A stretch of DNA of 52,634 nucleotides from Crocinitomicaceae bacterium (GCA_044354455.1 JBILAB010000001.1:1-52634); one strand, 5' to 3'; counted from the stretch's first letter, positions 17,061 to 25,814 are shown. Numbers and translations are program-made. Notes: generated by a model not told the origin, from the sequence alone.

Positions 17061-18632
17061 TTATATTGTTTCGTACTGTGGCATTTTAAATACGGTATTT
17101 AAGACAAAACGCATTCTTATTTTAACAGGATCAGAGACAACTATATTTGTGGGGTCTGCAATGTAAGCATTGTATTGATCAGTCCACTCAAAATCTGGCA
17201 AGCCGTTGGTTAATATTCCTTTTAAGTAAATTTTATCTGCAGTATTTATGTCTTTTGGAAAGAAAATAGTGCAAATATCATCGATAACAACACTTGCATT
17301 ATCAGGTATTGATAGTCCATCTAAAAATCCAAGTATATTTAAGCTAAAATTATTTGTGCCAAATCCATTAAAAAGCATTGCCCCAATGAAGTCAAATCTT
17401 TTTTTAATGTAAGTTGAATTTATCCAGAGCTTTGAAAATGCGGGAGCTTGGTAATAGGCAGTCCATCCAGAAACACTTGGTGGTCTAGCATAATCTTGCC
17501 CCATAGTACTTGCAAAGTAATAAATGTTTAAATAGATATCTGAGTTTACAGCAAGTCCAAAATTTGGGGCAGTTCCAGTAGCATTCAAAATCCCATAGAT
17601 CATTTCATAGGGATTGCGGATAATTGCTCCTCTAATACTTAGATCATAGAAATGTTCGCTAGTAAATAATTGATGAAGCACTGGTAAAATTTCATAATTG
17701 TTAGAGGTAAGAGTTAAAGCCATACTCGGAATAATGTCAGACATTACAAAGGCATTTAAATCATAATTAACAAAATAACGATAGAGTTTTGAGCAAATAA
17801 ATGTCGCAACTTGACTTTGATTAAAGATTACATCAATAAAATCGGAGTATTCTTGCGCGTCGTTTGCATTAATAATTTGACCATTGAAATGATAAGAAAG
17901 TTGTTTGCTTGAATTATCATGTAAAATAGGATTAAAAGATACTTCTACTTGTGTTAAGCTATCACTTCTGATGCCAGTTACAACATAAGCAGTAAGAATT
18001 TTAGCACCTGCAGCAACATCATCTTCTGTGTAATGGGAATAATCTCCTGTTGCAATTTGATCGCCTTTTCCAATAGAAAATAATTCAAGTAATTCGCGAG
18101 AATAGTTTTCATTTGGAGAATAAACAGTATTTGAAGAACCGTTTAAAAAAAGAAGCATGCTTGGATCTATTGTAACATCTTTAACTAGTTGCTTAAAGTT
18201 TCCTAAAGCACTCTGGCGTAAAAGCATTAAAAAATGATACATTGCTCGAGATTCAGAAGTATCTCCTGTAACTCCAAAATGATTTTGCCAAAAAAAGACT
18301 AATTTTTCTGCAACACTTCCATTTTCCTCATTAATATTTTTATTTGTCCAAGCTGCAAGAGATCTTGAACGTGCATTTTCGCATTCTTGATTTTCAGCTT
18401 GATTTGAAGGGTATACTGAATTTACCCAAGTACTTCCTTGCGCAACAATTGTTTCGCCGGGATGATATGCCAGAGGAGGACTTGTTTGAGGGATTTGAAG
18501 TAAGCTTGTCACGGTGTTTTCCATGCCATCTACAACAGCAGCTATTATCTGCTGATTCGTTGCACCAAAAACTGTCCTTCGCAATAAATGTGCTGCTTCT
18601 GCTTTTGTCCATGGCCCACTGTAAGGAGTCAT
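17061..18632 (-). CDS. DUF1800 domain-containing protein
   Basis: This 523-aa ORF has an N-terminal AAHLLRRTVFGAT motif and the general layout typical of DUF1800, which is usually encoded next to DUF1501. No N-terminal signal peptide is visible. Confidence 0.75.
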   Translation of the reverse strand: MTPYSGPWTKAEAAHLLRRTVFGATNQQIIAAVVDGMENTVTSLLQIPQTSPPLAYHPGETIVAQGSTWVNSVYPSNQAENQECENARSRSLAAWTNKNINEENGSVAEKLVFFWQNHFGVTGDTSESRAMYHFLMLLRQSALGNFKQLVKDVTIDPSMLLFLNGSSNTVYSPNENYSRELLELFSIGKGDQIATGDYSHYTEDDVAAGAKILTAYVVTGIRSDSLTQVEVSFNPILHDNSSKQLSYHFNGQIINANDAQEYSDFIDVIFNQSQVATFICSKLYRYFVNYDLNAFVMSDIIPSMALTLTSNNYEILPVLHQLFTSEHFYDLSIRGAIIRNPYEMIYGILNATGTAPNFGLAVNSDIYLNIYYFASTMGQDYARPPSVSGWTAYYQAPAFSKLWINSTYIKKRFDFIGAMLFNGFGTNNFSLNILGFLDGLSIPDNASVVIDDICTIFFPKDINTADKIYLKGILTNGLPDFEWTDQYNAYIADPTNIVVSDPVKIRMRFVLNTVFKMPQYETI

Positions 18633-18646
18633 AAAGTAGGTTTTAA

Positions 18647-18732
18647 ATAATTAATTTTTTTACTATTTCATGAAAAATAGTATGCTAATATAATTAATTT
18701 TTTTACTGTTTCATGAAAAATAGTCTGCTAAT
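18647..18732. repeat. Perfectly phased 43-nt tandem direct duplication (2 copies, 2 mismatches) spanning the stop codon of the Kazal-protein gene
   Basis: 18647-18689 is ataattaatttttttactatttcatgaaaaatagtatgctaat. 18690-18732 is ataattaatttttttactgtttcatgaaaaatagtctgctaat. Copy 2 encodes the last 10 codons plus the stop. Copy 1 is intergenic and contains a perfect 8-bp inverted repeat (tactattt/aaatagta). Confidence 0.9.
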
Positions 18733-20016
18733 CTTATTGTTCTGTTTTAGTTTTAAGATGTATGTCCCTTTTACAAAATTAGACAGGTCAATTTCAACTT
18801 CTTTTCCAGAAAAGCTACCAGTATATACTTCACGATTTAAAACATCTAGAATAACCAATTCACTGTTGCCCGAAGTATAATTTGTAGTTAAAGTAAGATG
18901 CTCAGAAGCTGGATTTGGATAAAGATTAATTTCAAGGTCTTGCTCAGAAAGAGAGGAAATCAAACAAGCTTGGCAAGAAAGCATAATTGTATACAAGGAA
19001 GCAGAATAATCAATCATCCCTGAAATGTTTGAACATCCAGAAATCATTGCGCATTGTCCGTTGATAATGCCTATTCCAAGAGGCATTGAACAAAATCCAA
19101 AATCAACGTTTGATAAATCTGAACATGGAGGGGCAAGATCAAATTCCATGCAGTTTGCTTGGCAATTTTCTAGACTTGAATCTATAGCCAAAGCATAATC
19201 AATATTTCCTACAATTGTTCCACAGCCGCTAATTGGACTGCAAATCCCATTAATTAAACCATAACCCATAAACATTGTGCAAGCACCAAAGTCAATTCCT
19301 GCTAAATCTGCACAAGAATCTGCAAATGTAATAGTTCCTTGACATTCCCCTGGAGTCCAGGAAGTTACACCGCCCCAATTTTCAGCTTCGCAAGAATTGC
19401 TGTATGTAACATTATTACAACCACAAACAGGAATAAAAACTGTTGGGCAAAAAACATCAAGATTTATTTGAGTGGAATCAATGCATGTTAAAATTTCACC
19501 GCAAGGGTAGGGCAACACGCAAATATTATTATCATAGTTAAAAATAACGGATCCTATGAAATTTGAAGGAAAAGGAGCTGTTAATCCTGAACTCGATACT
19601 GAATAAGGTATTGTAGTTCCTCCAACTTGTCCAAAATAAGCTAATTCTCCACTTGCTATGACATCACCATTTAGATTTAGTACTTGTGAAACATATGGAT
19701 AATTAATAAAATTATTAAAATCACCACTAAAATTAATTGATACATTGAGTATTCCAGAAGTGTCAAAAGAAATGTTTTCTGCGCAAAAAGATGAGCATGA
19801 AATAGTACTTGAACATGCTCCCTCTGTCCACGCAGTTACACCTCCTAGATTAACCGCAATACAGTCATTTGAATAAGTAACGCCATCGCATCCACAAACG
19901 GGTGCGTAAATCATAGGGCAAATAGCAAATGAATCAATTAGAGCTGGATTTACACATTGAGAAAAATTATAGGTTTTAAATCCAAAAATTAGAATTAGAA
20001 GTAGGATGTATTTCAT
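18703..20016 (-). CDS. Secreted Cys-rich protein with two Kazal-type inhibitor domains, two copies of an uncharacterised 6-Cys module and a T9SS type A C-terminal sorting domain
   Basis: This 437-aa ORF has a signal peptide. Kazal signatures are CPMIYAPVCGCDGVTYSNDC...C (aa 21-68) and CPTVFIPVCGCNNVTYSNSC...C (aa 178-225). The repeated modules C.DL..(I/V)DFG.C.M..G.G.ING.C..ISGC....G.IDY........CQA.C lie at aa 235-289 and 298-351. The C-terminus NLYPNPASEHLTL...VKGTYILKL is a T9SS CTD. Confidence 0.8.
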   Translation of the reverse strand: MKYILLLILIFGFKTYNFSQCVNPALIDSFAICPMIYAPVCGCDGVTYSNDCIAVNLGGVTAWTEGACSSTISCSSFCAENISFDTSGILNVSINFSGDFNNFINYPYVSQVLNLNGDVIASGELAYFGQVGGTTIPYSVSSSGLTAPFPSNFIGSVIFNYDNNICVLPYPCGEILTCIDSTQINLDVFCPTVFIPVCGCNNVTYSNSCEAENWGGVTSWTPGECQGTITFADSCADLAGIDFGACTMFMGYGLINGICSPISGCGTIVGNIDYALAIDSSLENCQANCMEFDLAPPCSDLSNVDFGFCSMPLGIGIINGQCAMISGCSNISGMIDYSASLYTIMLSCQACLISSLSEQDLEINLYPNPASEHLTLTTNYTSGNSELVILDVLNREVYTGSFSGKEVEIDLSNFVKGTYILKLKQNNKISRLFFMKQ

Positions 20017-20144
20017 GATTTTTATTTTTAAAGTTTTGTAAATTTAATCTAAAATCTAATTCTTTTCAATATATTTCTTGGTTTAATAAAATTAAAACCC
20101 AATGAAATCAGTTAAAGGAATATATTTTAATGAGTGATTAATGC

Positions 20145-20152
20145 TATCTTTG
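20145..20152 (+). promoter_or_regulatory. Candidate -7 box (TATCTTTG) for the cysteine desulfurase / glycan gene cluster
   Basis: It is an exact TAnnTTTG match 15 nt upstream of the ATG at 20168. It lies inside the longer track ORF (start 20141), which argues for the 20168 start. Confidence 0.45.
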
Positions 20153-20167
20153 ACAAAATTTATTTCC

Positions 20168-21307
20168 ATGCGAGTTTACTTGGATAATGCAGCTACAACT
20201 CAAATTGCTCCTGAAGTGATTGATTCTATGTTGCTTGTTTTAAAGGAGAATTTTGGCAATCCATCATCTACACATTTTTATGGAAGGAATGCAAAAGCTC
20301 TAGTTGAGACATCAAGACGTTCAATTGCAAAACAAATGAATTGTCTTTCTTCTGAAATTATATTTACTTCAGGAGGAACGGAAGCAGACAATATGGCAAT
20401 CCATGCAGCAATTAATGAATTAGGTGTAAAACGCATTATAACTTCTTGCATTGAACACCATGCTGTTGGTCATACGATTGAATCTCTAACAAAAGAAAAT
20501 TTAGTTGAAAGCGTTTTTGTTAAAATTGATTCAAAGGGGCATGTTGACCTTAATCATCTAGAAGAATTACTCCAAGAAAATATCCCAACATTGGTTTCTT
20601 TAATGCATGCTAATAATGAGATTTCGACCATTCTTCCCTTAAAGAAAGTTGCGCAAATGTGTCGAAAATATGGCGCTTATTTTCATTCTGATACCGTACA
20701 AACAATTGGTCATTATCCATTTGACTTACACGATTTAGATATTGATTTTATAGCTTGTTCAGCACACAAATTTCATGGACCTAAAGGAATTGGTTTTCTA
20801 TATGTAAACAAGAAAACAAAGATTTCTGCATTAATACATGGCGGGGCACAGGAACGTGGGATGAGAGGTGGAACAGAAAATATAGCTGGAATTGTTGGTT
20901 TAGCTAAAGCAATGGAATTGACATACGAAGATATAACAGCTCACCAAAGACATATTCAGGAACTTAAAAACTATATGATTGATCAATTGAAAAATCAGTT
21001 TTCTGATATTACATTTCACGGAGAAACAAAGCCTGAGGAATCTTTGTATACTGTTTTAAATGTCTGCTTTCCAAAGACGGAAAAGTCTGGAATGTTATTA
21101 TTTACATTGGATCTCAAAGGTGTCGCAGTAAGTGGAGGTAGCGCTTGTTCTTCAGGAGCAACAAAGGGCTCACATGTTTTGGAAGGAATTTCTGCAGATT
21201 TAACACGCCCGAATGCTCGGTTTTCATTTTCTAGGTATACAACAAAAGCTGAAATCGATTATGCATTGGATCAAGTTAAAAGTGTCTTTCAAGTTAATAT
21301 TTGCTAA
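20168..21307 (+). CDS. Cysteine desulfurase (class V aminotransferase, NifS/IscS-like)
   Basis: It has MRVYLDNAATT, FTSGGTEADN, the SAHKFHGPKG PLP-lysine context and the GSACSSG active-site cysteine loop. The track start of 20141 is possible but less likely. Confidence 0.85.
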   Translation: MRVYLDNAATTQIAPEVIDSMLLVLKENFGNPSSTHFYGRNAKALVETSRRSIAKQMNCLSSEIIFTSGGTEADNMAIHAAINELGVKRIITSCIEHHAVGHTIESLTKENLVESVFVKIDSKGHVDLNHLEELLQENIPTLVSLMHANNEISTILPLKKVAQMCRKYGAYFHSDTVQTIGHYPFDLHDLDIDFIACSAHKFHGPKGIGFLYVNKKTKISALIHGGAQERGMRGGTENIAGIVGLAKAMELTYEDITAHQRHIQELKNYMIDQLKNQFSDITFHGETKPEESLYTVLNVCFPKTEKSGMLLFTLDLKGVAVSGGSACSSGATKGSHVLEGISADLTRPNARFSFSRYTTKAEIDYALDQVKSVFQVNIC

Positions 21308-21310
21308 GAA

Positions 21311-22489
21311 ATGGCAATTCAGCGCCTAAAGATTTTAGCACTTTGTTCTTGGTATCCGAATGACTTTAATCCGACCTTAGGAAATTTTGTAAAAAAACAT
21401 GCCGAAGCTGCTTCTCGCTATAATGATGTAGTTTGTCTTTCTGTTTTTCCTTCGTTACTTGATAAAAAAATACGTTTGGTTGAGACAAGAACAAGAACTT
21501 TCTCAGAGATCGTAGTTTACTATCCCAAAACAACTAGCAAATTTCGTCTTTGGAATATGTTCCGAAATTATTTCGCTCATAGAAAAGCGTTTAAAATAGG
21601 ATATAAAACTGTAAAGTCGATTATCGGCAAGCCGGATTTAGTTCATTTAAATATTACTTATCCACTTGGAATATGGGCGTTTTATTTAAATTGGCGAAAA
21701 GATATTCCTTATGTAATAACGGAAAATGCAACAGGTCTTCATGTAGGAACTGATCATTCATACCCAAAGATTATTTTGTCTTTGTGTAAGTTTATAGTAA
21801 GAAGAGCTTCGATTTTACTTCCAGTTAGCGAGGATCTTAAAAGTTATATGCGTATTCTTAGTCCAAAGTCACAATTTGCAATTATTTCAAATGTTGTAGA
21901 TGAAGAAATATTTAAGTACAGTGAAAAACAAAAAGAATTAAAAATAAAAACTTTTATTCATATCTCAACTGGAAAAGACGAGCATAAGAATATCAGTGGA
22001 ATACTGTCTTGCATCTCTAGCATTTCAAAATATCGAAAGGATTTTCATTTGAAAATTGTCAGTGATGGCGATGTTGCATATGCCAAGGAAAAAATCGAAA
22101 TTTTAGGAATCCAAGATTTTGTAACTTTTTATTCAACGAAGTCAACCAAAGAAATTGCTTCTATGATCGACAATAGTTCTGCCTTATTGCTATTTAGTAA
22201 TTATGAAAACTTCCCTTGTGTAATTGCAGAATCACTTATGATGGGTAAACCTGTTATTTCAACAGATGTAAATGGCATACCTGAACATGTAAATTCGAAA
22301 AATGGGATTCTAATTCCTAAAGGAGATGAAGCGCAACTTGAAAAAGCTATTTGTGATTTTTTAGATGCTAAATTCACCTTTGATTCAAATGAAATTCATT
22401 CTTATGCGTTTAAACATTTTAGTTATCAAGAAGTGGGAAAACAATTTGACGAACAGTTTAGAATAGTTTTAAACTCTAAGACTCAATAA
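21311..22489 (+). CDS. Glycosyltransferase family 4 (GT-B fold)
   Basis: This 392-aa ORF has the C-terminal half motif E.FP.V..ES.MMGKPVIST...G.PE, characteristic of GT4/GT1-type enzymes. Confidence 0.75.
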   Translation: MAIQRLKILALCSWYPNDFNPTLGNFVKKHAEAASRYNDVVCLSVFPSLLDKKIRLVETRTRTFSEIVVYYPKTTSKFRLWNMFRNYFAHRKAFKIGYKTVKSIIGKPDLVHLNITYPLGIWAFYLNWRKDIPYVITENATGLHVGTDHSYPKIILSLCKFIVRRASILLPVSEDLKSYMRILSPKSQFAIISNVVDEEIFKYSEKQKELKIKTFIHISTGKDEHKNISGILSCISSISKYRKDFHLKIVSDGDVAYAKEKIEILGIQDFVTFYSTKSTKEIASMIDNSSALLLFSNYENFPCVIAESLMMGKPVISTDVNGIPEHVNSKNGILIPKGDEAQLEKAICDFLDAKFTFDSNEIHSYAFKHFSYQEVGKQFDEQFRIVLNSKTQ

Positions 22490-23760
22490 TGCTGAAATCA
22501 ATTCTCAGTAATTTTAGCGTGCGCTTTTCTTCTGCTATCTTTAATTTGCTAATAGCAGTTCTAGTGTCACAATTTTTAGGTGCAGCGGGAAAAGGCGAGC
22601 AAAGTCTGATACTAGCTTCAATTACAATTGTTTTATTGTTTCATAATCTTGTAAGTGGTGCTTCTATTATCTATTTAGCATCTCGACTGAATCCTCAAAA
22701 ATTACTTATTGTATCCTATTTGTGGACAATCACAGTTAGTTTTTTTAGCTATTTAATAATAATAAAGTTAGCATATTTCACTCCATTTATTTCTTTTGCA
22801 GTTGTTATGTTGAGTACTTTAAGTTCATTTACAGCCATAAATTCATCTTTGTTAATCGGTCGTGAAAAAATTGGAAAAAGTAATGTTGTTAATTTTTTAG
22901 TCCCTTTTTTAACCTTATTATTTCTATTTGTACAATTTTATTTTTTTGACAAAAAAAGTATTTCAGCTTATGTTTTCGCATTGTTTTTCTCATACTTACT
23001 GTCGCTAGTTTGTAGTTTATATTTTATTAAAGCCTATTTTTTCGAAAATGAAACGCAAGATTTAAAATTCCAATCGACCTTCAAGTCCCTTATTTATTAT
23101 GGTTTCCAGAATCAGTTAGCGCATATATTTCAACTCTTGAGTTTTCGAATTAGTTATTTTGTAATTGAACATTACAAAGGAAAGGAAGCTGTTGGAATTT
23201 ATTCTAATGGAATCTCTATCGCTGAAGCAATTTGGATGATAACGAGTAGTATTTGTTTGTATCAATATTCTAAGATATCAAATTCAACCGACAAGGAATA
23301 TTCTATGCGTTTAACTGAGAAATTAACGAAAGTAGCTTTATTTATTTCTTTCCTTGTTATTTGTGTAGTTGCTATTATCCCAACAAATTTTTACACTTGG
23401 GTTTTTGGTAAAGAATTTTATGAATTAAAGTCATTGATTTTACTTCTTCTTCCTGGAGTTTGGATTTACAACTATTATTTGATTATCGGACATTATTTTT
23501 CAGGACGAGGTAAATTCCTTTTTAATGCGCTAGCAACTTTTATAGGTCTAGTTTTTAACTTTCTACTTATATTTTCACTAGTTCCAAAATTCGGCATTCA
23601 GGGATCAGTTCTTTCTGCTATTTTTTCCTATTCACTTACCTCTCTAGTTGCAATAATAATTTATCTTTGTCAGGGAGGTAAATTTGTACTTTTTCCAAAG
23701 TTTTCTGAAATTCAAAATTATTTATTTGCTAAAACTAAAGTAAATGAAAAAAGTAAGTAA
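22489..23760 (+). CDS. Oligosaccharide/polysaccharide flippase family protein (MOP/Wzx-like)
   Basis: This 423-aa polytopic membrane protein has about 12 hydrophobic segments. Its start overlaps the upstream stop by 1 nt (TAATG). Confidence 0.7.
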   Translation: MLKSILSNFSVRFSSAIFNLLIAVLVSQFLGAAGKGEQSLILASITIVLLFHNLVSGASIIYLASRLNPQKLLIVSYLWTITVSFFSYLIIIKLAYFTPFISFAVVMLSTLSSFTAINSSLLIGREKIGKSNVVNFLVPFLTLLFLFVQFYFFDKKSISAYVFALFFSYLLSLVCSLYFIKAYFFENETQDLKFQSTFKSLIYYGFQNQLAHIFQLLSFRISYFVIEHYKGKEAVGIYSNGISIAEAIWMITSSICLYQYSKISNSTDKEYSMRLTEKLTKVALFISFLVICVVAIIPTNFYTWVFGKEFYELKSLILLLLPGVWIYNYYLIIGHYFSGRGKFLFNALATFIGLVFNFLLIFSLVPKFGIQGSVLSAIFSYSLTSLVAIIIYLCQGGKFVLFPKFSEIQNYLFAKTKVNEKSK

Positions 23761-24550
23761 GGCAATCAAAGCATTTATTGCAATTCTCAAAAAGCCCTAT
23801 TTATTGAATGCAGTATTAAATAGTGAGGAACTTTTTGAAACAGAATTTCAAGGCCTATTTCCTTCTGCAAACGAAAAGAAACAGATTTCATTTTCGACCT
23901 TATTTCCCCTTGAGAAGGATGTGAATGTATATCCTTATTCTTTTTTAAGTGGTTCTTCACTTGCCACAGACTTTGCCTTGTTACAGTTATTGTGCAAAAA
24001 AATAGAGGCGGAAGATTATTTTGAAATTGGAACCTGGCGTGGAGAAAGTGTTGCGAATATTGCTCCATATGTCAAAAATTGTTTCACTTTAAATTTAAGC
24101 GATGAAGTAATGTTACAAAAGGGATTAGATAAAAGTTATATTCAAATGCATCGATTTTATTCTAAGGGCATTAAAAATATAACTCATCTTTTTGGGGATT
24201 CAAAATACTATGATTATTCAAGTTTAAACAAGAAATTTGATCTTATTTTTATTGACGGAGATCATCATACAGAATCAGTAAAAAGTGATACATCCTTGCT
24301 TTTTTCATTTTTGAAAAATGAAAAATCTGTAATAGTTTGGCACGATGCAAAACTAGATACAGAAACTTGTAGATATGAGGTGTTAACGGGGATATATCAA
24401 GGTATGCCCCAAGAAACCCACAAACATATTTATCTTGTAGAAAATACCCTTTGTTGCATTTATTGGCCTTATGACTTAGCTTTTTCTGCCTTAGTTAAAA
24501 ATACTGCCCCTGAAAATACTTTTGATATTCAGTTAATAATAAAAAAGTAA
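23744..24550 (+). CDS. Class I SAM-dependent methyltransferase (Methyltransf_24-like)
   Basis: This 268-aa ORF has YFEIGTWRGES and DLIFIDGDHH..SV..D motifs. It overlaps the flippase gene by 17 nt. Confidence 0.6.
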   Translation: MKKVSKAIKAFIAILKKPYLLNAVLNSEELFETEFQGLFPSANEKKQISFSTLFPLEKDVNVYPYSFLSGSSLATDFALLQLLCKKIEAEDYFEIGTWRGESVANIAPYVKNCFTLNLSDEVMLQKGLDKSYIQMHRFYSKGIKNITHLFGDSKYYDYSSLNKKFDLIFIDGDHHTESVKSDTSLLFSFLKNEKSVIVWHDAKLDTETCRYEVLTGIYQGMPQETHKHIYLVENTLCCIYWPYDLAFSALVKNTAPENTFDIQLIIKK

Positions 24551-24553
24551 AAA

Positions 24554-25039
24554 TTACCTAAAACTAAATTTTCGTTGCAGTAAATAACTAATTACGACAA
24601 CAATACAGGACGAAACTATATTTGCTATTGATGGAAATAAATGAAAAGATTCAATCAATATTTTTAAGAGGATCCAACTTGTGAAACTGGTAATTAGAGC
24701 ACTTACAGCATAGCGAAATAATTGTGTAGTTCCTTTTAAATTACTTTTAGTAAAAACAACGTATTTTAAGAGCGTAAACCCGATTGAAAAGGAGATAATA
24801 AAACATAGAAAAGCAGTCATTGTATACGAAGAAAGTGTAAAGTTTACTAGCGGCAATTGCCAATTTTCTTTCTTGAAAAGGAATTGATAAAAGATAAAAA
24901 ATAAAAACCAACTTAAAACTAAATTACTAACACCGCAAACAGCATAATAGTAGGTTGTACGATCAAAAAAACGTTTAAAAAGTGGGTAGAAAAAATCTAG
25001 GAACGAATGAATTAACTTAACTAATTTCATCGAATTCAA
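24554..25039 (-). CDS. GtrA family membrane protein
   Basis: This 161-aa ORF has four hydrophobic helices and a GtrA-like layout (F..Y...G......L..........F, with a C-terminal ..R.F.F). Confidence 0.65.
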   Translation of the reverse strand: MNSMKLVKLIHSFLDFFYPLFKRFFDRTTYYYAVCGVSNLVLSWFLFFIFYQFLFKKENWQLPLVNFTLSSYTMTAFLCFIISFSIGFTLLKYVVFTKSNLKGTTQLFRYAVSALITSFTSWILLKILIESFHLFPSIANIVSSCIVVVISYLLQRKFSFR

Positions 25040-25814
25040 TTTGATAGGATGTATGCCGACGAATATTTAAAACCTGCCCGCCTTCAAATAATAAATATTG
25101 ACCTTTTATTCCTTTAAGCAGGCCATTTATTTCTGGTGTTTTGTCAAAAGTTAAGCTTGTTACTTTTGTCGGGTAAATTTCAACGGGATAATTAAAGGTG
25201 TGGATGCTGTCGTCCTCACTCCAATAAAATGATAAGTCGCTAGGTAGTAATTCGTGAATATGCCATTTTTCATTTTCTAAATTTATTGTTTCATCTTGCA
25301 AGTTACACAACATACTTTGCCAATTTGTTTTATCAGAAAAATGATCTTTCAATGCAACTTCAATTTTTCCAGCTAAATAGCGATTTGGGACTTCAGCTAA
25401 AATAATTGCCTTGTTTGCCCCTTGATCAATCCATCTTGTAGGCACTTGACTAATTTTTGTAACACCAACTTTAACGATATCTGTTGCGGCTAAATAAACT
25501 ATATGTGGCTGGTTATGATATTTCAGTTCATATTCAATATCTCTTCCTTTCCCAAGATGAGCTTCACATAATTCGGGATGTAAAATACAAGGGCTTGCCT
25601 CAGGAGCAGAAATAAAACAAGAATAGCAAAATCCTTGACCGAAAGATTTATCAGTTTGTTTAAGGCATTTTGAGCACTCTATTCGCCCATTCCATTTTAA
25701 AGAAATTTGTTTTCCAATAAATGTATTTACATGAATTTCTTTTTCTGAGTATTCGAAAAAATAATCAATTTTACTCCCAATTTGGGTCTTCATTTTTGTA
25801 AGGAGTAGTTTCAT
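25017..25814 (-). CDS. DUF2797 domain-containing protein
   Basis: This 265-aa ORF has a Cys cluster (C.KC...........GFCYSCF), then PHIVYLA....VKVGVT...QVPTRWIDQGA..A....EVPNRYLAG..E and a C-terminal GIKGQYL.FE, as I recall for DUF2797. Its ATG overlaps the gldC stop by 4 nt. Confidence 0.65.
   Translation of the reverse strand: MKLLLTKMKTQIGSKIDYFFEYSEKEIHVNTFIGKQISLKWNGRIECSKCLKQTDKSFGQGFCYSCFISAPEASPCILHPELCEAHLGKGRDIEYELKYHNQPHIVYLAATDIVKVGVTKISQVPTRWIDQGANKAIILAEVPNRYLAGKIEVALKDHFSDKTNWQSMLCNLQDETINLENEKWHIHELLPSDLSFYWSEDDSIHTFNYPVEIYPTKVTSLTFDKTPEINGLLKGIKGQYLLFEGGQVLNIRRHTSYQIEFDEIS

Noticed and set aside
20102-20137. 11-codon mini-ORF (MKSVKGIYFNE) upstream of the cysteine desulfurase, considered as a possible leader peptide
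   Set aside because: It lies upstream of the candidate -7 box and so is probably not transcribed with the gene. It has no Cys/Met-rich attenuation logic and no associated terminator/antiterminator structure.
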